DNA of 64,000 nt from Macrostomum lignano (GCA_002269645.1 NIVC01001966.1:124001-188000); one strand, 5' to 3'; counted from the stretch's first letter, positions 35,581-48,634 are shown. Notes: generated by a model not told the origin, from the letters alone. Made by a program: numbers and translations.

Positions 35581-38500
35581 ATCAGGTCTGTCTGTCTGTC
35601 TGTCTATCAGGTCTATCTGTCTCTCTCTGTCTGTCTGTCTGTCTGTCTAATCTGTCAAGTGTCCGTTTATATCGGCTGTCCGTGTCTATTTTCATAAATT
35701 TGTCTCTATTTAACACTATCTATCCGCCGGGTATATCTTTCTTATCAATATATCTACGTACATCTAGCGACATCACGGATGGCCGAACTCCGGACCGAAG
35801 GCCACATTCGGCCAACAAAGTCTCTATCCGGCCCTCGGGTTCGTTTAAACTTCACATTTGCATTCCGGCTGGCTCAATGTTCAGCGCTCTTCTCTCTATC
35901 TAATCTCCTCTTTTCTCCTCTCCTCTCTCCTCTTCCATTGGCTGACCCTGATCTACATCGCATATAACAATTTACCCACACACCACTTCTAAACGTGCAA
36001 GATGCTCCCAATTCTCGTAGGCCGCAACGCAACAGCAGCCTACTAACCCCACCCCCCCGCTCCAATCGGCCAGGTGGGGACTAGCGACTCGGCCTCGGAG
36101 AAGGAGAAGAAGAAAGTGATGTCCAAGCTGGAGGCCGCCATCAAAGATTTCAGATTCAACGTAGAAAAATACAATCACGTGCGCAACGCATTCGAGGAGG
36201 GCATGCGCAAGTCGTGCGCCTATTTCGAAGATACCGAAGTTCGCCACCTCGAAGCCATGCTGGGCTTCGTTGGCCGCTTTGCCCAGCCGCTGGGCTCGGC
36301 CGGGCATCAGCTGACTGAAGCCCAGGCCGCCGTTGACAGGCAGCTGGAGGCGACGCACTCGGTTGATCGCCTGCTGGCTCTGTTTGTTGAACGAACTCGA
36401 ACTGGCGGCTCGGTGCCTCGGCCAATCAGCGACAGCAGCGACCAGTTCCTTGACTTCAGTGCTCCGCTGCCAGACGGTGCTGCAGCAGGCGGTGGCGGCG
36501 GCCTGACAGCGGGCGGTGGCAATGTGTATTCGACAGGCTCGCAGCTGTCAATAGACCGGCTGTCGCATCATTCCGCTTCGATTAGCGGCGGCGGCGGAGC
36601 AGCGTCGGTTCGTCAGTCGGCCGAGCCCGACCTGATGTCGATGGAGCCGGTGTCGCCGCCGCAGCCGTCCTTGGCGATGTCCGCCGCTTCGGGTGAGCAG
36701 CAGCAGCCGCGAGACGACGCGACGGCAGGCGGCGGTGGCGGCGGCAAAACGAAGCGCGGCGGCATTATTGGCAATATTCTCAATCACGGTCGGCGGTCTA
36801 GGAATCGAGGTGAATCACTGAGTGGCCACCAGCCGGGGTTTTAGAAATCATTCTAATGCTCAGAACTGATGTACTTAAACCAAGTGATTTTAGTGGCATC
36901 AAATGACACGAGGCAGGTCAGTTGGCCATAATCTGACGCCAAATTCCTAATTTTAATAAGTTGCAAATCCCAAGCACTGCCCAACAACTCAAAAACAACT
37001 CACTGGTGACTCTAGCGATTCTGAGGCAACTCGTGTGACCTTTTAACGACACAAACGACTGTAAATACGACGGAGATGCGACTGTTAAGTCTGGAGCGCA
37101 TCACGTGATACAATAGTCGCAAAAAAAGTCTTCCAAAAGGTCGTTTTGTCTTAGCGCTTCGAGTAGACAAAATAGAGTTGTTATAAATGCGATTCTAATT
37201 CATAAAGCGATGCAGAGGCGCTTTGCATCCGCAACTCTAGCGCGGCTCAGATACCGACTCTACGGCCCCAGAGTTCATCCTGTGGTCGCGTGATAATCCT
37301 TAGCCAATTGTTTAATATAATCTTGCAGTTTGTAAATTGAATTGGTGCGTTCTACAAACCTCGCAGACGCCAGCAGCTCCGTTGTGTCCAGCGGAAGCGG
37401 CGGTGCAGCAGCGGCAGCGGCAGCCCCAGCCGATACGCTGCTGTCGGGCTCGTCGAACGCGCCGGAGCCGCGAGTAGACGCAGAAGGCTTCACCATTCGC
37501 GATGACGAGGATCACCCGTGGCGGAAGAAGAATAATAAAAGCAGCAGCAGCTCTTCTGGTTCGGACTCAGACTCAGATCAGGAGAAGAAAATCGATGTGA
37601 GCTGTGCAAGGATTGATGACTATCGTGTTTAAGAGGGGGCAGAGTGACACTAAGAGTGACAAGTGGGGGTAGCGTTTGGAGTGACATATCGGCGAAAGTG
37701 ACGAATGCTGTGACGGTGAGTGATAAATCGGGAGTGACGGTGAGAGTGATAAATCGGGAGTGACGGTGAGAGTGATAAATCGGGAGTGACGGTGAGAGTG
37801 ATAAATCGGGAGTGACGGTGAGAGTGATAAATCGGGAGTGACGGTGAGAGTGATAAATCGGGAGTGACGGTGAGAATGATAAATCGGGAGTGACGGTGAG
37901 AGTGATAAATCGGGAGTGACGGTGAGAGTGATAAATCGGGAGTGACGGTGAGAGTGATAAATCGGGAGTGACGGTGAGAGTGATAAATCGGGAGTGACGG
38001 TGAGAGTGATAAATCGGGAGTGACGGTGAGAGTGATAAATCGGGAGTGACGGTGAGTGATAAATCGGGAGTGACGGTGAGAGTGATAAATCGGGAGTGAC
38101 GGTGAGAGTGATAAATCGGGAGTGACGGTGAGAGTGATAAATCGGGAGTGACGGTGAGAGTGATAATTTCTCACTAATTCCCAGGTGCGAATCACCGAAG
38201 AGAAGAAGCCGGTGGCCAACGCAGACGAGATCGAGCGGGTTGCAAATTCCATTAAGCTTTTCGGCCCCAGCCCGTCTGCCGCCATGTTCCGGCCCGCCTC
38301 CAGAGCCGGGGTCGGCGGCGGCGGCGGCTCTTCGATTACGGCCTCGTCGACCGACTTGAATGGCGGCGTTGAGCGGCCGCCGTCTCGGGCGCGGCCGCGG
38401 CCAAAAACGCCCGACTGGAGTCGCGGCTTTGGCGGCAGCGGCGGAGGGGGCTTTCAACAGCAGCGTCAGCGGCGTCAGTCTGTTGACCCGTTCGACTTTG

Positions 38501-41500
38501 GCGCCGCCTTTGGTGGCTCTCAGCAGCAGCAGCAGAAAGATCAGGAGCAGCAGCCACCGCCAATGCCTTCCATGCCGCCGCCGCTTCCGCCGCCTTCGGA
38601 GCAGCCAAATGCCTCCTCATCTTCGCCGCCGTCGCAGCCTCAACCTTCGCTTCCACCGCCGCCGCCTCCATCGGGTTCGGCGCCGTCGCCGGCTTCGCCA
38701 GCGCGTCCGCTGGACCATCGGGGCGACCGGGAGGCTGCGCCACTCAACGCTCTCCTGACTGAGACCATCCACTGCCGCTGGTCCGGCGAGCAGTGCAAGT
38801 TCCGGGTGCAGGGCAGCCTGACCCTGTCCTTCCCGGCTACTCAGCTGCTGTCCAGACTGTCGCAGCCGCTGCCCGGTTTGCTGTTTCGCCTGTGCGACAC
38901 CGGCCTGCTTGGCCAGCACAGGTCATCCAGCCGGCTTGTTAAAGAGTGAGAGACTGGCTAGCTTTGTCGTGAAGTCTTGATATCATTATCTTGCTCATTA
39001 GCTCGTGAACTCTCACGTTGACAGGCTTCGACTCACCCACGAAGTCACGTTTGAAGTCACTCATACCGTGGAGTCACTTACTGATGCGGTCACTTACTCA
39101 TGGAGTCCCTCACTCATTGGAGTCATTCACTGATGAAGTCATTCACCGAAGAAATCACTCACTCATAAAGTCATTAACTCATAAAGTCATTCACCGATGA
39201 AATCACTCACTCATAAAGTCATTCACCGATGAAATCACTCACTCATAAAGTCATTCACTCATGAAGTCACTCACTAATATAGTCACACACTCATGAAGTC
39301 ATTCACTGATGAAGTCAGTCACCGATGAAATCACTCACTCATAAAGTCATTCACCGATGAAATCACTCACTCATAAAGTCATTCACCGATGAAATCACTC
39401 ACTCATAAAGTCATTCACTCATGAAGTCACTCACTAATATAGTCACACACTCATGAAGTCATTCACTGATGAAGTCAGTCACCGATGAAATCACTCACTC
39501 ATAAAGTCATTCACTCATGAAGTCACTCACTGATATAGTCACACACTCATAAATTCATTCACTCATGAAGTCATTCACTCATGAAGTCAGTCACCGATGA
39601 AATCACTCACTCATAAATTCACTCAACTCATAAAGTCATTAACTCATAGTCACTCACTCATAAAGTCATTCACTCAAGAAGTCGCTTACTAATAAATTCT
39701 CATAGTCATTCACTGATGTAATCACTCTCTGATAAAGTCACACACTCAAAGTCATTCACCGATGAAATCACTCACTCATAAAGTCATTCACCGATGAAAT
39801 CACTCACTCATAAAGTCACACACTCATAAATTCATTCACTCATGAAGTCATTCACTGATGAAGTCATTCACCGATGAAATCACTCACTCATAAATTCACT
39901 CAACTCATAAAGTCATTAACTCATAGTCACTCACTCATAGTCATTTACTCATGAAGTACTTCACTGATGAAATCACTCACTTAAAAATCACTCACGCGCT
40001 CCGTGGCGCTCCACCTCAGGGAGTTCCCCGAGTCCAACGGTCTCCAGCTCACCATAGACCCGGCCGCCCTCGCCGACGAGCTGAAACGGCTGGCCAGAGA
40101 GCGGCCCGGCATCCAGTTCCTGAGCATGGAGGTGCTCACTTACGATCTGCAGTTGCCAATAGTCACACCAGGGCCCGTGTTTATCCGGGCCTGCTGGAAC
40201 TGCGAACAGGAGCATACGGACCTGCGGGTGGAGATTAGCAGGCACCCAACATCGTCTCTGCTTGTCGGGAAAGTGTCCGTTTCCGTGAGTTATCTACTCG
40301 AAAATTTCGGTGTTACAATTTAAGACCAAGTCTAAAATAGAGTAAAGTCAAATTTGTACAAAGTTAAATTTGTAGGCTCGTGACCTTTCTTGATCTTTTT
40401 ACGATCATGACCTCAATGAATGAACTTTGTGTGGTTACGAACTCAGTGAATCTACTTTTTAGGGTCATGGTCTTAGTAGGTCTTATTTATAAGTTCATGA
40501 CCTTATTGAGTCTACTTTGTAGGATCATGACCTCTATTAATGGGTTTTGTAGGGTCACGACCTCAATTAATGGATTTTGTAGGGTCATGACCTCTGTTAA
40601 TGGGTTTTTTAGGGTCATGACCTCTATTAATGGGTTTTTTAGGGTCATGACCTCAATTAATGGGTTTTATTGGGTCATGACCTCTATTAATGGGTTTTGT
40701 AGGGTCATGACCTCTATTAATGGGTTTTGTAGGGTCATGACCTCTATTAATGGGTTTTGTAGGGTCATGACCTCTATTAATGGGTTTTATTGGGTCATGA
40801 CCTCTATTAATGGGTTTTGTAGGGTCATGACCTCTATTAATGGGTTTTGTAGGGTCATGACCTCTATTAATGGGTTTTGTAGGGTCATGACCTCAATTAA
40901 TAGATTTTTCAGGGTCATGACCTCTATTAATGGGTTTTATTGGGTCATGACCTCTATTAATGGGTTTTGTAGGGTCATGACCTCAATTAATGGGTTTTAT
41001 TGGGTCATGACCTCAATTAATGGGTTTTATTGGGTCATGACCTCTATTAATGGGTTTTGTAGGGTCATGACCTCAGTTAATGAGTTTTTTAGGGCCATGG
41101 CCTCTATTAATGGGTTTTTTAGGGTCATGACCTCAATTAATGGGTTTTATTGGGTCATGACCTCTATTAATGGGTTTTTTAGGGTCATGACCTCAATTAA
41201 TGGGTTTTATTGGGTCATGACCTCTATTAATGGGTTTTGTAGGGTCATGACCTCTATTAATGGGTTTTGTAGGGTCATGACCTCTATTAATGGGTTTTGT
41301 AGGGTCATGACCTCTATTAATGGGTTTTATTGGGTCATGACCTCTATTAATGGGTTTTATTGGGTCATGACCTCTATTAATGGGTTTTGTAGGGTCATGA
41401 CCTCAGTTAATGAGTTTTTTAGGGTCATGACCTCTATTAATGGGTTTTGTAGGGTCATGACCTCAATTAATGGGTTTCGTAGGGTCATGACCTCAAAGAA

Positions 41501-42159
41501 TCAACTTGGTAAGGTCATGACCTCAAAGAATCAACTTGGTAAGGTCAATGACCTCAAAGAATCAACTTGGTAAGGTCAATGACCTCAATGAATCAACCTG
41601 GTAAGGTCAATGACCTCAATGAATCAACCTGGTAAGGTCATGACCTCAATGAATCAACCTGGTAAGGTCATGACCTCAATGAATCAGCTTAGTAAGGTTA
41701 TGACATCAATAAATGGATTTTTTATAGTCGTGACGTCACTGAGTCTAATTTACAGGGTCATAACCTAAACAAGCGTACATAAGGTGTCAGGACCATGATC
41801 ATAAATGCACAATGTCCCCTCTGAACAAATGAAACGACCGCCAGGCCGAGGTCTCTGGCGGCGTCCTTGACATGCAGTCCCTGCCGGCCGGTCGCTGGCT
41901 GTCGGACACCCGCCTAGCCATCTGGGAGGTGGCTGTCCCGGCCAATCCGGCCGACAAGACGGTGGTGAAAGCGAAATTCCTGCTGGGCTCCGGGCCTACG
42001 GTGCCCAGCCCAGTCCGGGTGCAGTTCATGCTGGACAACAGCAGCTTCTCAGACTGCAGCTTCGCCCTGATCGGTGCCAACTACAGGCTGGATGTCAATA
42101 AGCGCAGGATCATCAGCGGCCAGTACAGCGCTGAGCCTAGCGCAGTGGCACCCCTGTGA
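34806..42159 (+). CDS. FCHO: FCH domain-only protein (F-BAR plus mu-homology domain endocytic pioneer), about 925 aa
   Basis: Exons 34806-35300, 36074-36809, 37367-37596, 38185-38921, 40020-40284 and 41845-42159; phases join. F-BAR start FVANYWGEKHNGFDALYSN..MRDYQQLEDAH; linker PRVDAEGFTIRDD; muHD LNALLTETIHCRW..FRVQGSLTLSFP and MQSLPAGRW..KAKF..VRVQF..RIISGQY. Confidence 0.92.
35304..35660. repeat. Tetranucleotide microsatellite (TCTG/GCCT) in FCHO intron 1
   Basis: ctgcctgc and tctgtctg runs directly after the donor at 35301. Confidence 0.95.
37712..38166. repeat. Minisatellite, 26-bp unit, in FCHO intron 3
   Basis: (gtgataaatcgggagtgacggtgaga)n. Confidence 0.95.
39010..39995. repeat. Complex minisatellite (about 32-bp unit with sub-repeats) in FCHO intron 4
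   Basis: tcattcaccgatgaaatcactcactcataaag and variants. Confidence 0.9.
40463..41710. repeat. Minisatellite, 30-bp unit, in FCHO intron 5
   Basis: (ggtcatgacctctattaatgggttttgtag)n. Confidence 0.95.
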
Positions 42160-43147
42160 GGTCGGTTATAAATAACTATTATAATCAGAATAATTGCAAA
42201 GCGACATTCATACACCTGCGCGTCTGTCACACAAGCTGTTTCCGTATTGTTTTTAGTGATTGGATTTATTAAAATAAAAAAAGATTTATGCAATATTAAT
42301 CAATATTCCGCAGATACTATACTTAGCTGACTTTTAACGCAGCAAACTGGAATAATGAAATAAGTTATGAAGATCCATCCATATGTTATAGTATCTGTGT
42401 GGATTGCGGCATCCTGTATTCCAGTTGTACTAATACAGTACCTAGGAATTCTGTACGTGTACAATAGTTTTCTAATCATTCTATTAACCAACTAATATGA
42501 GTGCCCTGTTTCTAATGTAATTGTCCTGGTCACTAGTTTTTACCCAGCGCACGGCCCTGCGAAACTGTTCTAATTAAGTTATTATCGATACATATCGTCG
42601 GATGGGAAATATTACAGCTAATTATGCTCACTAACATAAAAATTCAAACAATGGATCAAACTGACGCAATGAGCTTCTTCATCAGTAGCCAGACTCCCCT
42701 TAAGACAATGCCTCTCTGTCCGAGTCAATTTTGTGATAATTCTGCATGCCGAGCAATATGAACGAGAGTATTTATAATTCATATTTGATTGCTATGATAA
42801 AAGATTAACCGATGGTCAATATTGCCTGTTGGTAATTGCTTGTTTGTTCTCTGTATTTTTACTATGTACTGTTTTGCTATGCATCAATACAGATTGTTAC
42901 TATTTACTAATGCTATGAATTATCCTTTTTATTATTAATTATACTAATACAAGGCGCGAACGCATGCCTTTTTGTTGAATGCTCTGTGAAATATGGATTT
43001 GCATATTATTATGCGGTATTGGATGATGAGTTATTGATTTGTTAATCTTCTTACGCTCGTATTTAGCTGATGACCGGCCTTCTTCGCTGTCGATTCATCA
43101 TATAGGCTATATACATGTTAGCAGTAGTATTAGCAGTAGTAGTAGTA

Positions 43148-43718
43148 TCCTGATGGCCCTCGAACAAGGCCCCTCGGGGAAGCCACTGCCACCGGAGACG
43201 CCTGCTGGCAACTCCTGGCCAACAGCAGCACCGCCGTTACCTTCATTTGGGTGCCAGGCCACGCAGGAATTGACGGCAACGACGCAGCAGACACCGCCGC
43301 CGCCGAGGCAGCCTCAGCCTTCAGACAGCACGCACCGCCATCCGCCGAGACCGTCGCGCCCTTGACGCTCAGGTCCTGGGCCCTTCACTTCGCCCGACCG
43401 AGTCAGGCCGCAGCAGGGAGGAGTTCATCGCCACGAACCAGCTCCGTGCTGGCGTCAGCACCCTCTCATCCGCGCCCGCATCGGCCTCCAGGAATCCGAC
43501 GCCTGCCCCGACTGCGGCGCCCCGGATACCGTTGACCACCTCGTTCGCCGCTGTCCCCGAGGGGACGCCGCTCGCCTCCGCCTGTTCGGCAGCGACGACC
43601 CGTTGGAGGATCAGCACGGTCGCCTCTGCCCTCCTTCGCAGCATGGGCGTTAACCCCCGCCTCTCTTAGCACCGCAGTATTAACGGCGAGCCGAGTAGAA
43701 GAAGAAGTAGTAGTAGTA
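43148..43718 (+). mobile_element. 5'-truncated non-LTR retrotransposon 3' end (RNase H and Cys/His knuckle)
   Basis: FIWVPGHAGIDGNDAADTAA RNase H motif; CGAPDTVDHLVRRCP-like knuckle; tail agaagaagaagtagtagtagta; agtagtagtagta also precedes the 5' end. Confidence 0.8.
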
Positions 43719-43779
43719 CATAAAGTAGTAGCAATAGACTCGCTAGCAGTCAGGTTCAGGACGCGCAGGTCGTCAAAAA

Positions 43780-44010
43780 AGTGTCAATGAAGGTCGTGGT
43801 GCCAGCTTATCCTCGGCGAAATCCCTCCTGAGGTGGGTTGGCAACTACGGCTGTCATCGGGTTTGGCTTCTCCCCGTCCCGTGCCTCTGAGCACATGTCC
43901 GAGGAGTCTCAGTCTGAGGGTGTCGCTCAGCGGTGGCCCCGGTGTTAGGCTTTGCATTTTGACGTGCGCTTGCAGTCTCCGGCCGAAGATCGCAAGACAA
44001 ATGTGACTCT
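43780..44010 (-). mobile_element. RTE/CR1-like LINE 3' fragment
   Basis: PPLSDTLRLRLLGHVLRG...ISW resembles the conserved C-terminal RRLRWLGHVLR segment of RTE-type ORFs. Confidence 0.6.
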
Positions 44011-45094
44011 GCTTTGCGATCTCCAGTAAAAGTCGTGCCTTGCGTTTCCCCTGATTTGAGATCTCCGGGGGTAAAAATGTACATGAGTGGTGTACAGCCA
44101 CGCGGCTAAAACTCTGCCAAATAATTATTGGTTGTAGGGACTCACGGCCATACGTGCAAACAGCTAACATTTATGTGTACTTAGCAGGGTGAGCTCTTGC
44201 TGAATTGTCAGTGTAATTGCGCAATGTACTCGTATACTTTATTCTCTGATGCTCAGTGTATTTTGAATTTCGAATTAGGAACTTAGAAGCCTGCAAATGT
44301 GACTGAGGTACTTGTATTTTCAAGTGGAGACAGACATGGCAAAGGCGACTTTAAACCAAGTGTTATTTTATTCATTGAACAACGAGCACGTCGAAATTCC
44401 CTGAGACTTGCCGGCCAAAGTGAACAACAATTTCAAGCCAAAAATTCGAGAAATAAGTAAAGCCCTTTTCTTCCAAGACGTTCAATTGTTCTACAAAGTG
44501 AGAACCAGAACTTCAGCAAGAAAAGGCGCCCAGAACAGCCGCGGCGTACGCTTTTTACGAAGGGTGAAGTCAGGGAAAAGATCAAAACACTGCACGTCGA
44601 GTCATGTCACATGGGAATAAAGAGCATCGGCCATTGGCCTCTTTACCGCCCGATTCTACAGCGATGTGCCTGTTGAACATCAATTGTAGAGTCGGTAGTA
44701 AAGTGATGCAAGAGGTGAGAATAGATGTGAGAAGACTAACAAGAAGTTCACCAGCAAACAGCGTGAAATACATCCGATTGAGGTGCCTACTGACGCTCAA
44801 CGATTGTCCGGCTTCCTCTGCTTGGATTGCGTTACAATGCCGACCACAACTGAGAGGGAGCTCGTTGTTATCCTGACTATATGTTGCAAATTCACTAAAT
44901 TTGCAGATTTTCGCGGCCGATACCAAATGTACGAGCCGGCACGATCGCTCGAGAACTGAAGAGTCTGTTTGGCCTTTTTGGCTGGCCTCGCATTCTTCTG
45001 AGTGATCAAGGCAGGGAATTCTGCAACTCCATCATCGAGGCTGTGCTACAGGAGGGCGGTACGGAAAGTCGAGTAACGAGTGCCTACCATCCTC

Positions 45095-46698
45095 CACAGA
45101 CCATATAGAATATAGACTGCGAATCTCGGGGGCCTGCCCAGGCGCGTTGTGGGACAAAAAAGCAACACAAAAAATGGTCCTTCCCCCAAAGCCTCAACTT
45201 CGATCGATATGTGGGACAAAAAATGGGCAAGTGCAAGTTTTTCAAGCGGGCCAGTGCTTGAAATTTACTTACCAGTATTATAAAGAGTTTTAAAACCCCA
45301 GGGAGGCAAAATAAATATTTCCTTGCAAAAATATCCCGCAAAAACCCAATTACCAATCATTCTTATTCATGCAGCCAGCTTCTAGTGTATCAAGAAAAGA
45401 GAAAAGCGCCAGAAAGTGTGGCAACTATTGCTGTGCTCAGGGCGCTGAACAAGAAGCACCAGCGACTGAGGGTGCGGTCGAAGTCACTGACTAAAATTGT
45501 GAAAGTGCTGCAGGCAAAGAATATTGTGGACGAAGCTGCAGCATCCCGTCTGCAGTTTCTGCATTCATTGTTGAGCTGTCTAGTGCCAACCAAAAACAAG
45601 AGGATAAAAAATTTCCTCCTGAAGTTCGGCGATTTGCTTCCACGTTGCACTATTACAGTCCTAAGGCATACAAATACGTGAGAAACTTTTTCCAGCTTCC
45701 GCATCCATCGTCTTTACGAAAATGGATCTCAAGTGTGCTGTGCCTTCCAGGACTGTGCGTCCAAGCATTTCAACGACTATCACGTCGCCGCAGCTCAGCC
45801 AATGGCCAAGCCCTTGACTACAGCAACATTGTAGCAGACGAGATGTCCCTGGAGTCCTGGTCGAATGGAGCGATTTCGAGGGCAGGTTCCTTGGCTTTGT
45901 CGATAAGGGCGATGGGAACGTACATGTAAGCGAACAGGAAGCATCATCTGCACTTGTTTTGATGGCTGTAGGGCTGAAGAACTACTGGAAACTGCCTTCG
46001 GTGCCGTGTAGATCCGCCCTGCTATCAAGCGAAGGAAAAATTAGCCCGCACATTTTTTGCTCCCTGATGCTCAATGAAGAACGCTCAGAAGAGAGAAGGA
46101 CTTGGTTGACTTATTTTCCCGACTCTAGATGTGGCTTCGTATTCTGATGAACGCCGAAACGATTATTCGCCGCTCCAGCTTTGATAGCTGTTTTTCAAGC
46201 TCAATCGCTGTTCATGAGACTTTGAGAATGTCCAGCGCGCTATTCTCTGAATTAGATTTGCATTCAGCAGCTGTTAGCAGAGGTATTGAGTCACACAATC
46301 TGCATTTGATGAAAGTTATGAGCATTTTTTACACCAGAATTCTCATAAAGAAAATTGAGAAAGACATGTCGCACTTATTAAGAAAGGCAGGAAGGAGACA
46401 GAAGCTGCTGCGCACATCAATTTTTCTTAATCTGTGAGAGCTTGGACTTTGAAGGACATTTCGGGGTTAGCAGCTTAAATTTAATTACTTTTTACGTATT
46501 TGATTTTCGTGGCGTTTTATGTGAAAAATAAGAAAAAATGTATCTCAATTGCATGTGTCCAATAGGAGCACAATGGAAAAGAGGCCCGCCCTGTACCACA
46601 TCGATCGAGCTGGGGTGGGTGAGAGGGACCAGTTTCTTATGGGGGAAATGGCCCACTTTTTTCTTCACTTTACTGGTCTATATTCTATATGGTCTGTG
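45095..46698 (+). mobile_element. Internally deleted P-element-like (THAP9-type) transposon
   Basis: 23-bp TIR CACAGACCATATAGAATATAGAC at both ends; transposase fragments PPEVRRFASTLHYYSPKAYKYVRNFFQLPHPSSLRKW, NIVADEMSL, MAVGLKNYWKLP and C-terminal RQKLLRTSIF; frameshifts; no TSD found. Confidence 0.85.
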
Positions 46699-47222
46699 AT
46701 CGGCACCTGGACGCTTCGCCTTTCAGAGCTGTTTTTGGTTTTGACCTGTTTTTTGGCTTTTTTGGCTGGCTTTCGGCCAGAATCAAAATTGCCCAGCAGC
46801 GAATGCGGGAACGTCACTCGAGGATATATATATAAACTTCCCAATTTACCGTCGCGATGATCGAAAAGGCGGAAAACTTCTGTCCACTTGGAGCGACTGC
46901 ACGCACTCAGTGCGCAGATGCGTGAGGCGAAACGTCTACCAATTGGCTGGCCTACCCTAAAGCGCTGTGTCAATGGAGTACATCTGAAGCGATGCAGGAC
47001 GCAGGCCGAACCTTATACTCGTAATCAAAGTGCTTCCCCAATATTCTGGTGACTTTAACTAATTGAACTAACTAATTAATTTACCTAACTACTAACTAAC
47101 TACTACTAACTACATGTAACTACGCTCGTAATTTAACTAATTGATTGAAAATACCAACAACAATTGCGTCTTAGAATTTTTGACAATTTGGTAGTTATTG
47201 CTTCTTTGCTTTGAACATATTA

Positions 47223-48176
47223 CGAGGGGCATTCAAAAAGTTTTGGCAACAGGCAACTAAAATCTAGTGGAAGCTTATTATTCTAAAAGTAAGGGTTTAC
47301 AGTCCTTCTATGTAGTCTCCGCCGCGCTCTATGCACTTCTGATGCCTCCGTATCCACGAATCAAAGGCGCCACGGTACTCCGATTCAGTGAATGCCCTCA
47401 ACTCTGAATTGATAGCGCGGGCCAGGTCTTGCGGCCTCTGAAATCGGCGCCCAGCCAGCCTCTCCGTCAATTTCGGGAAGGCCCAGAAGTCGCACGGAGC
47501 TAAGTCCGATGTGACGATGTCAGAGAGGCGCTTGGTGCCGCCAGAACCAAAGCAGCGCAAGAACTCCTGACTGCAGCGAACCCGCTCCTGGCGCTGCTCC
47601 TCAGTGAGCTGATGCGGCACCCAACGAGCTGTGATTTTTCTGAGACCCAGCTGATCATGCAGGATGGTGAAAACGCTGCTATCAGATATGCCAAGTGTCT
47701 GGCTCAGTATGGCAACAGAAATGTTTGGGTCCTCAGCCACCAGCGATTGCACAGCGTCAATGTTGCTCTTGGTCACGGCTGTGCTCGGCCTCCCAGATCG
47801 AGGGTTGTCACTGAGGCTGCTCCTGCCGGCGCCAAAAGCCTCAATCCATTGCGCAACAGTTCTATAAGATGGAGCTTGATCCCCTATCACCTGTGCTAAG
47901 TCGGCATGAATTTTGGTGGCGTTTTCTCCAAGTTGTACGCGCATGAAGATGTAGAAGCGCGCATTTTCTGAGCTGATATTTTCCATATTATGTCAGAAGC
48001 TGAAACTTAGTTATGGTTAGCTGTGAATTGTGCAATAACGGGTGAAGCTATTGAGCTGAAAGTTTATACGTTGGTATCAGGCATGTTACTAAAGACATTC
48101 CTAAAATTTAGTGCATTTTGCTTGAGCCAAAGTATATCTGCATATGCAGTTGCCAAAACTTTTTGAATGCCCCTCG
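47223..48176 (-). mobile_element. Mariner element (954 bp) with in-frame deleted transposase ORF 47297-47986
   Basis: Perfect 28-bp TIR cgaggggcattcaaaaagttttggcaac and TA TSD; HTH regions, PRSGRP and WVPHQL intact; IVT is joined directly to SDLAPCDF. Confidence 0.95.
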
Positions 48177-48634
48177 TAAATTGAAAAATCGTTCTTTGAC
48201 CCGGACTTCAAATTCCGGATATCGCAAAGCAAGCCTTAGTTTTTCGGCCGGATATTTCAACCTGCTTGTGACTTCCGGGGGGGACTGCAAGTCTCGGAGA
48301 ACGCAAAGCAGCTTGAGATATCCGGACCGGATACTTAAAGATGCTTGTAATATCCGGGGGAGATCAAAAAGTACTTGTACTATCTGGGCGGACAACAAAA
48401 GACACGGATATCCGAAAGTATAACACCGGTTTTCGGCGACATCTGGAGCCAGAGTTGTCAAGCTCGGGTTCTTGTCAAGGACCACAGTATATACATGTAA
48501 CTGTTATATACAGTGGTCCTTGGTTCCAGTTTGCTTCCGGTGTTGTTAAATCGCATTGAGACCGGCCAACCCCGTTATTCTAAAGCCTGAGCAAGCTAAA
48601 GGTGTGACACTGGAAAAGTCAGTGTTGCATTCTT

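Noticed and set aside
40380-41573. 397-aa repeat ORF (RVMTSINGFC)n
   Set aside because: 30-bp satellite inside FCHO intron 5, whose flanking exons join in frame.
29950-41710. CRISPR-like repeat arrays
   Set aside because: Units are head-to-tail without unique spacers, lie in spliceosomal introns, and there are no cas genes.
44330-45010. Possible THAP or other gene upstream of the P element
   Set aside because: No C2CH motif or recognisable domain; lies outside the TIR at 45095.
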